Shown here: in pieces, positions 37,190 through 47,556 of the stretch
Numbering within the stretch: position 1 is the first letter of the stretch
Layout: each line of letters begins with the position of its first letter
Assembly (NCBI GenBank): GCA_963788655.1
Contig: CAWBHS010000060.1
Coordinates: forward strand, 192,001 to 256,000
Source of the DNA: an uncultured Verrucomicrobiae bacterium
Lineage (GTDB): Bacteria > Verrucomicrobiota > Verrucomicrobiia > Limisphaerales > JAFGQR01
DNA length: 64,000 bases
Direction: 5' to 3'
Program-made: the position numbers and the translations under genes
The notes under the pieces: generated by a model
The model's input: only the letters and a program-made list of their open reading frames with translations
Databases searched by the model: none
What the model was told of the DNA's origin: nothing

Positions 37190-39298
37190 TCAGCTTGAAC
37201 GCGCCGTGGAATTACTATCCAAATTCACGGCGCCTTCCGTCACTCCCCGGTTTGAAGGCGCCTGGCTGAGCGCTTGAATTGATTCCACGTCCCACAACAA
37301 TTCGCGTTGCTCTTTCGGGAGAAGCGCGGTGGCGCCGAGCGCGCGCAGCTTCAAGCGCAGACCTTCCAGCCGATGTTGCGCCAGCGGGTCCGCCGACGGG
37401 TTCGTTGGTGGCAGCAAGGAAAGGTGGATGGTGCGCACTTCTGCTTCGCGGAGCACCCAATGCAAACCGTCCTTGGCCGTGGCCCAAGGCCGCCCCGCCG
37501 CCGATTCCAGGGCCTGATGAAAACTCCGCAGTATCAGCGGCGGCCAGACTTCTTCGGGGGTTAGAAATAAGCCGCGCGCTCGCGCCCCTTGGCCGACACT
37601 CACTTTACTGGTCCAAGCGGAAAAGGGAATGGCCAACACCCAACCGGCCAGCACCGGGCTCAGCCACCAGAAGAGGGCGCGGTCCTTGGTCCAGAGCAGC
37701 ACCGCCCACACCACGCCCAGCACCACGATGCCCAGGTGCCAGCGGAAGGCTTCGCGCCATTCGGTTTCAACGTCGCCGCGATCTTGCGGCGCCCATTCGA
37801 CTTTGCGGCCGAGCAGGGTCAGAATCACGAAGCGGCTATGGAGCATTGCCAATATCGGAGCCACCAGCACGGAGAAGAGCGTTTCCGCGAAGACGCTGAC
37901 CGTCAATTTCCACGAACCACCAAAGCCCGCGGTGGTGCGGCGCTTTTTGGCCAACCAGCCGATCAGGCTGAGTAACTTGGGCAACAACAGCATGGCCAGC
38001 ACCGAGGTCAGCAACAACATGGCCTGGTTGACGAGCGATACCTGCCACACGGGAAATGGCGATTGATCCGGTCGAAAATAGGTATGACCCAGGAATGCGG
38101 TGCGAAGCCCCTCGGCCGTGCTGAGCAACAACATCAGCATCCACAAGGGCGAGGCCACGTACGACATCACGCCCATGCCCAGATGCACCCGGTTGACCCA
38201 ATTAAGTCCCGGCATCGTCAACAGCCGGGCGTGCTGCAAATTGCCCTGGCACCAGCGACGGTCGCGCGCCGCGTGCCCGATCAGGTTGGCCGGAATCTCC
38301 TCGTAACTGCCGCCCAGTTCCGTGGCCAAATAGACCTTCCAACCCGCCCGCCGGATGAGCGCGGCTTCGACGAAGTCATGGCTCAAGATCGAACCGCCGA
38401 GCGGCTCTTTCCCCGGCAGCTTGGGGAGCCGGCAGTGCTCGACGAACGGCTGAACCCGGATGATGGCGTTGTGGCCCCAGTAATTGGATTCGCCGGCTTG
38501 CCAGTAGTTCAGTCCGGTGATGAACATTGGCCCATAGATCCGTGTGGAAAACTGCAGGAGCCGTCCGAACAAGCTCTGCCGGTTCACGGCGACGGGCGGA
38601 GTCTGGAGGATGCCCACGGTGGGATGTTCCTCCATAAGCCGCACCAGGTTCACCAGGCTCTTGCCGCTCATCAGGCTGTCGGCATCGAACACGACCATGT
38701 AGCGGTATTGCTCGCCCCACGTGGCGCAGAAGTCAGCGATGTTGCCGGCTTTGCGCTCGGTGTTTTCGCGGCGATTGCGATAGAACAGCCGTGCCGGATC
38801 GCTCACTTCCCGGCGCAGATCGTGAAAGGCCATCTCCTCCCGAATCCAGGCATCCGGATCGGTGGTGTCGCTGAGCAGGAAGAAATCGAAGTGTCCCAAC
38901 TGGCCGGTGCGCTCGACGCTTTCATACGTGGCCTTGAGTCCCGCGAACAGCCGTACGGCGTCTTCATTGTACGCGGGCACAACGATCGCGGTGCGAAAGA
39001 TTCTCAAGTCAGTGGGACCGCTCTCCGCCAGCGTGCGCGGCAGCGATAGCACGTCACCGCCTTTGAGTTGCACCACAAATCCAAACACCGCCGTCCAACA
39101 GGACAACGCGATGGGGAAGACCAAGATCACAAACAACGGCAGGATCGGCCACTCGAGCGGATGAAAGCCATTGACCAGCAGCATCTGCAAAGCGCCGTAA
39201 CTGGCCACGGCCGTGGTCGCCACGGCCAAGGTGCCCAAGGTCATCCGGCGGACAATGATATGGCGGCGTCCGAGCGAGAGATGGGGAGCGGTCTTCAT
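37190..39298 (-). CDS. opgH: Osmoregulated periplasmic glucan glucosyltransferase (GT2) OpgH/MdoH
   Basis: TAIVVPAYNED, LSDTTDPD, YRNRREN..RKAGNIADF, DADSLM, NYWGHNAIIR, ILSHDFVEAAL and RDRRWCQGNLQH. Confidence 0.96.
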   Translation of the reverse strand: MKTAPHLSLGRRHIIVRRMTLGTLAVATTAVASYGALQMLLVNGFHPLEWPILPLFVILVFPIALSCWTAVFGFVVQLKGGDVLSLPRTLAESGPTDLRIFRTAIVVPAYNEDAVRLFAGLKATYESVERTGQLGHFDFFLLSDTTDPDAWIREEMAFHDLRREVSDPARLFYRNRRENTERKAGNIADFCATWGEQYRYMVVFDADSLMSGKSLVNLVRLMEEHPTVGILQTPPVAVNRQSLFGRLLQFSTRIYGPMFITGLNYWQAGESNYWGHNAIIRVQPFVEHCRLPKLPGKEPLGGSILSHDFVEAALIRRAGWKVYLATELGGSYEEIPANLIGHAARDRRWCQGNLQHARLLTMPGLNWVNRVHLGMGVMSYVASPLWMLMLLLSTAEGLRTAFLGHTYFRPDQSPFPVWQVSLVNQAMLLLTSVLAMLLLPKLLSLIGWLAKKRRTTAGFGGSWKLTVSVFAETLFSVLVAPILAMLHSRFVILTLLGRKVEWAPQDRGDVETEWREAFRWHLGIVVLGVVWAVLLWTKDRALFWWLSPVLAGWVLAIPFSAWTSKVSVGQGARARGLFLTPEEVWPPLILRSFHQALESAAGRPWATAKDGLHWVLREAEVRTIHLSLLPPTNPSADPLAQHRLEGLRLKLRALGATALLPKEQRELLWDVESIQALSQAPSNRGVTEGAVNLDSNSTARSS

Positions 39299-39316
39299 CA
39301 CGCACAATCACGGCGG

Positions 39317-40855
39317 TCAGGGTCGGGTAAAATGATAGACCCAGGTTTCGCTGACCACCCGGTCTCCTTGCCGGAGCCAGAGGCGCAGTTCGGCCGGTTC
39401 GTCGCCATCGGGGATCAGGTCAAAAAACGCCCGCCAACCGTCGAGCATCGGGTTGGGCTCGATGACCACGTTTTCCAGCTTGCCTTTGGAAGTCTGCACT
39501 TTCCCTTCGAGCTTCGCTTGGCGGTTCGGATTCGTGAGCGTGCCGCCGGTGAAATCGACCACAAAGCGAGTACGTCCGTCCTTCCCGGACTGAAGCCGCG
39601 TGCTGCGGACGCGCATCAGCGCTGCCGGTGGTCGGTCGGCGTCGTTCAGGAAGGCGCGCAGTTGGTAATGAAAACGAAATTCTTGTCCGGGGGACACCTT
39701 TTGGTCGGGCACCCAGTAGGCGACCATATTGTCGTTACGTTCCTCGGTGGTGGGAATTTCAACCAACTCAACGTGGCCGGTTCCCCAGTTGCCCACCGGC
39801 GCAATCCAATAACTGGGGCGCCGCTCGAAGTGCGCTTCCAAATCCTGATAGTCGTCCCACTCGCGGTCGCGCTGGAGCAGGCCGAAGCCGGCGGTGTTGG
39901 GATAACGGCCGATGTGATGCACCTTGGGCGGATTGATGAGCGGACGCCAATCCCACGATTGCTGGGCGGTTTCCATGAGCAAACCGTCCGCATCGTGGAC
40001 CTCCGGCCGGAAGTCGGGAAAATAGCGGGTGCGATTTTCTCCGAAAAAATACATGCTGGTCAACGGCGCCAGCCCCAGTTTCTTGACTTCGCTGCGCAGG
40101 AACAAACTGACTTTGATGTCCACCAACGTCGCTTCACCGGGCTTGATAAGAAACTGGTAGGCGCCGGCCACCCGCGGGCTTTCCAGGCGGGCATACATAC
40201 GGATTTGCTCCGCCGCCTCGCCGGGTTTCTCGATCCAGAATTTGGTGAACCGCGGAAACTCTTCGCCGCTCGTTTCGGCCGTATCGATGGCCAAGCCCCG
40301 CGCGGAACTGCCGAAATCTTGATGAGCCCCCAGCACGCGAAAGAAGGACGTGCCCAAGAACACCGCCACTTCGTCCATTTTGGCCGGCTGGTTCAGCGGA
40401 TAGAGCACCCGCAATCCGGCCAGAAACAAGTCGGGCGGCAGCGGGTGCGGAAACGAGTGCTGGCCGTAGTCGAACATGTTCGTCGAAAACTGAACCTCCC
40501 GCACTTGGCCGTCCTCCAGCACATGCATGCGCACGGGCTCGCGATAGAGGTAACCGGGATGAAAAAACTGCACCTGGAATCGGCCGGGCTGTCCGTGCCA
40601 AAGCCCTTTGTCGGGCCGGAAATGAATTCCCATGTAAGCATCGTAACTGAGGTTCTTGAGGAAATCCGGCAACGGCGCCGTCGGTTCCTGGTACTTTGCT
40701 TGTGCGGACTCCCGAGCCTGGCTGACCAACCGCTCGAAGAACGCCGGCGGCGACCCTGAGGCCGGCGTCTCCGCCGCGCCGACAAGCTCAGTGCCGAGCG
40801 CCAGTCCGCCCAGGCCCACGATCATTGCGATCATCCGTTGCACTCTAATAACCAT
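39317..40855 (-). CDS. opgG: Periplasmic glucan biosynthesis protein OpgG/OpgD (MdoG/MdoD)
   Basis: LSYDAYMGIHFRP, FLGTSFFR, SARGLAIDT, EEFPRF, APLTSMY, RPEVHDADGL, GFGLLQRDR, DNMVAYW and SETWVY; immediately upstream of opgH. Confidence 0.93.
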   Translation of the reverse strand: MVIRVQRMIAMIVGLGGLALGTELVGAAETPASGSPPAFFERLVSQARESAQAKYQEPTAPLPDFLKNLSYDAYMGIHFRPDKGLWHGQPGRFQVQFFHPGYLYREPVRMHVLEDGQVREVQFSTNMFDYGQHSFPHPLPPDLFLAGLRVLYPLNQPAKMDEVAVFLGTSFFRVLGAHQDFGSSARGLAIDTAETSGEEFPRFTKFWIEKPGEAAEQIRMYARLESPRVAGAYQFLIKPGEATLVDIKVSLFLRSEVKKLGLAPLTSMYFFGENRTRYFPDFRPEVHDADGLLMETAQQSWDWRPLINPPKVHHIGRYPNTAGFGLLQRDREWDDYQDLEAHFERRPSYWIAPVGNWGTGHVELVEIPTTEERNDNMVAYWVPDQKVSPGQEFRFHYQLRAFLNDADRPPAALMRVRSTRLQSGKDGRTRFVVDFTGGTLTNPNRQAKLEGKVQTSKGKLENVVIEPNPMLDGWRAFFDLIPDGDEPAELRLWLRQGDRVVSETWVYHFTRP

Positions 40856-41204
40856 CGCTGCATCCTTTCATGCTGGAATAGAATACTCCGGTTTGCCGGA
40901 AGCTCAACTGGGACGCGGCTACTGATTTGGCACCGCGGTATTGTTGAGATGCATCTGCAACTTCACCACGGCTGTGGGTAACCAACTTGACCGACGCCGG
41001 TTCCGCTGATTCGCAACTCTCAGCAGTGCCGCCTTGGACGTTCACAGGCGTGGGGTGCTTTCCCTCCGCGCCGCGGAGTCGCGTCGCTCATGGACCCTTG
41101 GCCGGGCGCCGGGTTCCTTCGGCCTCAATCCATCGCTGTGACGTTGCTGTTGGTTTGGCCAGGGCTGAGGGCAAGGCAACGGCGCAAGTAATTGAGATGA
41201 CAGC

Positions 41205-42779
41205 GTGGGTCGGATGAATTTGTTTTTCAACCAAGCAGAAACAAGCTCTAATAAATCGGTGAACCAACACGAAGATGCGCAAGCTGGCAATGAACGTCCG
41301 GGAAATGGCCTCATCCAGGGTGAGGATTCCCGGCCATTACAAGCCGGAATGTGGGCCCGGAATCTGGTCATCGTGGTGGTGATTTTCCTCATGGTAGCCG
41401 TCGGATTGGCGGTGTGGTGGCAGGCAGGTAACCGGCAATGGCGAAGTGATCCGGCGTCGTTGCGCCAAACGAACGCGCTGGCGCAAGTCGAGGCGGATGC
41501 CAAACGCGTGCCGCCCGCACTTCCGGATGACTTCTTTGGCAGTTTCACAAAGCAGGCGGATGACACGACACTGAAGATCAAGTTGCCGGAACGGGATTCG
41601 TCCAGCAATACCCGCATCTTCGAAGCAACGGTCCATCGGCTGCAGCCGGGGAAGTCTGTCCCCTTTGGTCCTGGTGCGGCGAGTCTCGAATACATCTCGA
41701 TTGGCTATGGTTCGCCCGACTTGGAAAATCTTAAGCCGAATGCCGACGTGCAGGTGCCCGGAAAGTATTTCGACGGGAATCTGAAACCGATGCCGGAGCA
41801 AGTGGTGGAAAAGAAATTCGACCGTTGGACGCGGACGCGCCGGTATCGGGGCCTGTTTCCGGAGGTGCGCTTCGTCGTCCGCTTCGACGGCGTGCCGGAC
41901 TTCAAAGTGCTGGGCGGCCAGGTGCTGGATGCGCGCACGGGCGAGAATTTGTGTTCGGGATACAGCTACGGTCCCGAGGAGCAATCCGCGTCGCTCCAAA
42001 CTGAATTGCAAGTCTGGCACCAAACACCAGTGTGGGTGGTGTTTGACATTGCGCAAGGACCGCTCGAAACCGAAGACGTCGTCCCGAAGGAGGGCTTGCG
42101 AATCACGCATGCCTGGGGCGTCATGCAACTGGCGGCAATCCGCGAAGGCGACCAGACTGGGTTCAGCAGCTTCGGCACATCAGGCAATTCCGAGGTCACG
42201 CTCCGTTTCCAAACCGCATCGGAAAAGGCGGAAACCAGCTTTGTTTTTCTGGGCTGGCCGAGCGCACATCCAGTGCCGGTGGACTTCGAATTCCTGGGCG
42301 AGGACGGAAAGAAACTGGGGGGCGGTGGTGGCAGCAGTTCCGATTTCGTGAAAGCGCAGTCGGTGCGGGCGAAGCGCCAGGAAATCCAATTGATGCGGAT
42401 CAAGCGGTATCCGCACGTGCGCCGGTTGGTGCTGGAGTTGCCGGAAATACCGGGACTGCCGGAGAGCAACCGGGGCGTTAACAATCTCTTCGACGTGAAG
42501 GTGCCGTATGCCTGGTTTAACCGGACTTTGGAGATGCAGCAGTTTGTGGAGAGGACCTTGCAATTGCAGTGGCAAGGAACCAAGCCAGCAGCCGCGCCGC
42601 CGGGCTATTTCCCGCGCGTTTACACCAACGCCACGGTGCGGGAGATCTTCCGCGATTACCTGGCCCTCCAACCGGGCCGCGTGGATATGCAGATCGATCC
42701 CCAACGCCATCGGATCGAGGTGCGACCGCCGTTTTGGGAACGGTTGTGGGAGCAGATCCGCCGGTCACTGCATTGGTGA
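41205..42779 (+). CDS. Hypothetical membrane-anchored extracytoplasmic protein
   Basis: 524-aa ORF with one TM helix (LVIVVVIFLMVAVGLAVWW) and coding-like codon bias. The start is uncertain (41214 or 41349 are possible). Confidence 0.7.
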   Translation: MGRMNLFFNQAETSSNKSVNQHEDAQAGNERPGNGLIQGEDSRPLQAGMWARNLVIVVVIFLMVAVGLAVWWQAGNRQWRSDPASLRQTNALAQVEADAKRVPPALPDDFFGSFTKQADDTTLKIKLPERDSSSNTRIFEATVHRLQPGKSVPFGPGAASLEYISIGYGSPDLENLKPNADVQVPGKYFDGNLKPMPEQVVEKKFDRWTRTRRYRGLFPEVRFVVRFDGVPDFKVLGGQVLDARTGENLCSGYSYGPEEQSASLQTELQVWHQTPVWVVFDIAQGPLETEDVVPKEGLRITHAWGVMQLAAIREGDQTGFSSFGTSGNSEVTLRFQTASEKAETSFVFLGWPSAHPVPVDFEFLGEDGKKLGGGGGSSSDFVKAQSVRAKRQEIQLMRIKRYPHVRRLVLELPEIPGLPESNRGVNNLFDVKVPYAWFNRTLEMQQFVERTLQLQWQGTKPAAAPPGYFPRVYTNATVREIFRDYLALQPGRVDMQIDPQRHRIEVRPPFWERLWEQIRRSLHW

Positions 42780-42963
42780 CTTGCCTGCCATAGTCCACGG
42801 CACGCCATTCGAAAGCGCTGGCAAACCGGGCGCGATTTTGGGCACTCAGTGCGGCAAATAACTGCCACCAAAACTGCGTCGCACTAACAAAAACAGTCGT
42901 GACTTTGCGGGTGCGTTGTGCCAAACATCTTGCCGCAAATGTGAACGCGCAACCACCAAGGCT

Positions 42964-45328
42964 ATGAGCAAGAGTCAATTGAGTTCAACCATCGGTTTAT
43001 GCATCGGCTTGCTGGCAGTCGCTGGGCCAAGTGCCGCCGTCCTTCCGCTCCCGAACTACACCGTGGGCATCGGCGGGCCGACGCGCGCGTTGGTGGAAGC
43101 CGACTGGGTACAACGTGACGTTGAAATCTCGATGGCGCGAACCCGGGAGGTCATTCGCCGGGGACATAAGCTCGCAGAACGATTGCAGCGGATTGCGCCG
43201 CGGGCGGAATTGCAACCGCTCGTCCAAAGGCTCCACGCGATTGAAGCACGTCTGGATTCAGCGCCAACGAATGTCTCTAAACCTGTCCTCGATCACCTCT
43301 ATTTCGAAGCCCACCACGCCGTTCGCGAACTGGCCTTCAGCAATCCCGTGTTGCGCAACATGGACAAGTTGCTCTTCATCACCCGGCACGATGCCCGCGG
43401 GGTGTTCCACATGGTGGACCAGTTTTATGGCTTCAACGCCCGGCCGGGCGGACGATTGCTCGTGCTGATCAATCCATTCAGTTCGCAACCGCAACTGATT
43501 GACCTGCTGGCCAGCGCCACCGTACAAAATGGCCGGCTTCGGGGCCACAAACTTGAAGGTGGTGCCTTCCTGTCACCCGAATTGTCGTTTGACGGCAAGA
43601 CCATCCTGTTCGCTTGGACCGAGGCCAAAGGCAAGGATCTCGAATGGTCGCCCACGGCCAGTTACCACGTGTTTAGAGTCGGCGCCGACGGTTCCGGATT
43701 GGTGCAGTTGACGGACGGTTCGTGGAATGATTTTGATCCGTGTTTCCTACCCAGCGGCCGAATTGCCTTCGTTAGCGAACGGCGCGGCGGCTATCTCCGC
43801 TGTGGCCGGCATTGCCCGACGTACACGATGTTCGGCATGGCTGAGGACGGCAGCGACATCATCTGCCTGAGCTACCATGAAACGCACGAATGGCAGCCCA
43901 GTATCACGCCCGACGGGATGATCGTCTATACCCGCTGGGACTATGTGGATCGCGACACCAATATCGCGCACCATCCCTGGACCTGTCGCCCGGATGGCGG
44001 TGATCCGCGCCCGGTGCATGGCAATTATCCGCAGCGACGCGAAAGCCGGCCCTGGATGGAGATGGACATTCGCGCCATCCCCGGTTCCCCCAAATACGTC
44101 GCCGTGGCCGCGGCGCATCACGGCAATGCGTTTGGCTCGCTCGTGCTGATCGATCCGCGCGTGGCCGACGACGGCGCACTGGCGCCACTCACCCGCTTGA
44201 CCCCGGAAGTGCCGTTCCCCGAGGCTGAAGCCAAAGGCAAAGCGATCAAGCAATCGATGATTTACGGCACGCCCTGGCCGTTAAGCGAAGACGACTACTT
44301 GTGCGTGTATGATCCTGCGGCGCGAAACCGAGGCGTTTATTGGATCGACCGGTTTGGCAACAAGGAATTGCTTTATCGCGATCCCAACATCTCTTGTCTG
44401 AGCCCCATTCCCCTGCTCCCCCGCCCCACCCCGCCGGTCATCCCGGATGCCACGATGGCAACCGCCGCGGCCCGCGCCCAGGCAGTCCATCCCGACCGTC
44501 CGGCAACCATCGGATTGATGAACGTGTATGACAGCGATTTTGCCTGGCCCGCGGGTACTCGAATTAAAAGCTCTGCGCATCATCCAAGTCCTGCCCAAGA
44601 GCACGCCGCCGCCAAATGAGCCGCGCATTGGGGTGGCCGACCAGACCAACGCCCGCGCAGTGCTGGGCACGGTGCCGGTCGAGGACGATGGCAGCGCCTA
44701 CTTCGAAGCGCCGGCCGGCAAAGCCATTTATTTTCAAGCCTTGGATGAACGCGGCTTCGCGGTGCAATCCATGCGCTCAGCCACCTACCTGCACCAGGGC
44801 GAACAACTCACCTGCCAGGGATGCCACGAACCGCGGCACCGAATTGCACCGCCGGCGGGCAAAACGCCCCTGGCCTTGCAGCGCCCGCCATCGCAAATTC
44901 AACCGGCGGTGAACGGGGCGAATCCCTTCAACTTCGTCCGCCTGGTGCAACCGGTATTGGACCGCCGGTGCGTGGAATGTCACCGGGAAAAACAGGTGCT
45001 CGATCTGACGGGAATCATTGGCGGCAAATACGGCTGGACCCATTCCTACGCCAACCTGGCCGGCAAGTATGGCTTTTACTTCCACGTCAACAACGGCTCG
45101 ATCAACACCGGTGTCCATGGCGGCAGCCGGACCATTGCCGGCCAGTTCGGCGCCCGCGCGTCAGCGTTGCTCCCGTACTTGGATGACCGGCATTACGGCG
45201 TGCAACTCACACCCGAGGAATTTCAGCGGGTGACGCTCTGGCTGGATTGCAACTCGGAATTTTACGGAACCTACGAAGACACTCTGGCTCAAGCGCAGGG
45301 CAAGATCGTACCACCAAGTCTCGAATAA
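42964..45328 (+). CDS. HzsA-like protein (TolB-like propeller plus hydrazine-synthase-alpha middle-like domain) with two c-type haem motifs; frameshift near 44568
   Basis: Signal peptide, SPELSFDGKTILFA, NDFDPCFLPSGRIAFVSER, VYTRWDYVDR, LGTVPVEDDGSAYFEAPAGKAIYFQALD, CQGCHE and CVECH. There is an extra A in the AAAA run at 44566-44569. Confidence 0.82.
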
Positions 45329-45377
45329 GTTCGTTCGGCATTGCATTTCCGAGGGAATGCTCGTAACCACCTTGTTC

Positions 45378-47501
45378 ATGAATCTCACCACCACGCTCCT
45401 TTTGGTCGCGGGCTGGGCCACGGCTTGGGGAGCATCGCCGGCCACGGTTTCCGAAACCCCGGACGACGCCCACACCGTCGCCTGGATTCGCTTCGCCAGT
45501 GGACCAGAACAATACGCCGGACGTTCCGTATTACTGGTTGGGACGAGGGGATTTGGTAGTCAAATTCGAAGTGCGCCCAAGCGCCGGGCAGGAACTGGCA
45601 CTACGCTGGGGCGCCAAGAACGACGAGCGCGAGGCGGTGTTGCGCGTCAATCGGCGACACGAAACGCTGCGCGCCGGCGGTTACGATGGTTTTCGCTGGC
45701 TGCGCGTGCCGCTGCCAAACCAATCCACCAACGACCAATACCTGATCACGCTTACGCAAAGCAGCGGAAAAGCGGCGTTCCTGGCGGAGGTGCGTTTGTT
45801 GGATCCGCAAGCAACCGCGACGTTGCCAGACCTTCAGCCGGTAGTCGCGCCGAGCCAAACTTATTCAAGCCCCGGCCAGCGGCACGACTGCTCCAGGGGA
45901 AGCCTTCCCGGAAATGCGCGCCGTTTGGGATCGCGAACCGGCGCCAGCGGACGCCAGCGGTTCGAAAAAAGATGAAGCGCTATTCCGCCAGGCCGAAAGA
46001 AACGCCCGCCGCGCCAATGAAGCGTTTTATCGGTGTCGCCGTTACGTTGATGGCTGGCTGGCGCACGCGGATCCGGCGACGGGCCTCATCCCGCGCAATC
46101 TCGGCGCCAGCCGCGACTTCTGGAATGGACGTGACTCCGCGGCGGACAATTATCCCTTCATGGTGCTCACGGCTAGCATGACGGACCAGCCGCTGCTGAA
46201 AGGCCGGATGCGGGATATGTTGAACACCGAAATTCGTCTGACCAGTCGCGTGGGCCACCTGACCGACGATTATTCGTTTTCGAAGCAAGGCTATCCGCCG
46301 GGAGCAAGTGGATCTCGATGCCATCATTTTCGACAGTGCCGAATACGTTAAAGACGGTCTCATCCCGATCACCGAATGGATGGGCCACAGTCCGTGGTCG
46401 GAGCGAATGCTGGGGCTCATGGACGACATCTGGAAACACGCGCCGGTGGCCACGCCGTTCGGCAACCTTCCCACGTTGAACTTCGAAGTGTGTGGTGATT
46501 TGCTGCAAGCGGGCGCGCGGCTGTACTGGTTTACCGGTGACCGCAAATATCTCGATTGGACCCTCCGCCTGGGCGATTACTTCCTGCTGGGGAATCATCA
46601 TCCCACGCGGGATCTGGACAGTTTGCGGCTGTCCGACCACGGCTGCGAAGTGGTGAATGGGCTCACCGAACTTTACGTGGCGGTGACGCATGCGTTGCCG
46701 GAAAAGAAAGAGGCATATCAAAAGCCCATTCACGAGATGTTCGATCGGATTCTCGAAGTCGGGCGGAATGAAGACGGCATGCTCTACGTCGCCTTCAATC
46801 CGAAGACCGGACAACATTCGCCGGGGCTCTGCGACACCTGGGGTTACAACTACGATGGTTTCTACACGGTTTATCTGCTGGATCACACCGAAGCGTACCG
46901 CCAGGCCGTCGTCAAAGCTCTCCGCAACCTGAAGGGCAAATATGTTGGCGCCCCGTGGGCCGACAGAAGCGCTGACGGTTACGCGGACGCCATTGAGGGC
47001 GCGCTCAATCTATTCAACCGCGAGCGGGTTACTTCCGCCGCCGACTGGATCGATAGCCAGACGCGGCTGATGTGGGGCATGCAAAAGCCGGACGGTATCA
47101 TCGAAGGCTGGCACGGCGACGGCAATGTCGCGCGCACGTCGTTGATGTATGCGTTGTGGAAGACGGCGGGGCTGACGGTCCAGCCCTGGCGGATCGACGT
47201 GCGTTTCGGCGCCGTCCAGGATGGCCAGCGGCTTTGCGTGAGCCTGACGGCGGATCAACCGTGGGAAGGCCGCCTGATCTTTGATCAACCGCGGCATCAA
47301 ACGATCATGCATCTGCCCATGGATTATCCACGCATCAACCAGTTCCCGGAGTGGTTTGTGGCGCGCCCTGATCAGCAGTATGCGGTTCGGGACGCAAACC
47401 AGGACCAAACTCGAAAACATTCCAGCCAGGAATTGCTTGATGGCCTTCAACTCAAACTGGATGCGGGCAAAGAAATACGGTTGGTGATAGCTCCGTGGTG
47501 A
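45378..47501 (+). CDS. Secreted hypothetical protein, probably six-hairpin glycosidase-like; at least 3 frameshifts
   Basis: Signal peptide, then joined ORFs 45499, 45914 and 46308 (WLAHADPATGLIPRNL, DSAADNYPFM, DHGCE, DTWGY, EGWHGDGN). Frame changes near 45490, 45860-45900 and 46295. Confidence 0.65.
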
Positions 47502-47556
47502 CCGCAATTGACGCTGATGCGCAATTCTGGTTTTCGGGACCGCCGGGACGACTGTC

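Noticed and set aside
42964..45328. Anammox hydrazine synthase
   Set aside because: No hzsB/hzsC or hydrazine dehydrogenase nearby; only the widespread HzsA-like architecture is present.
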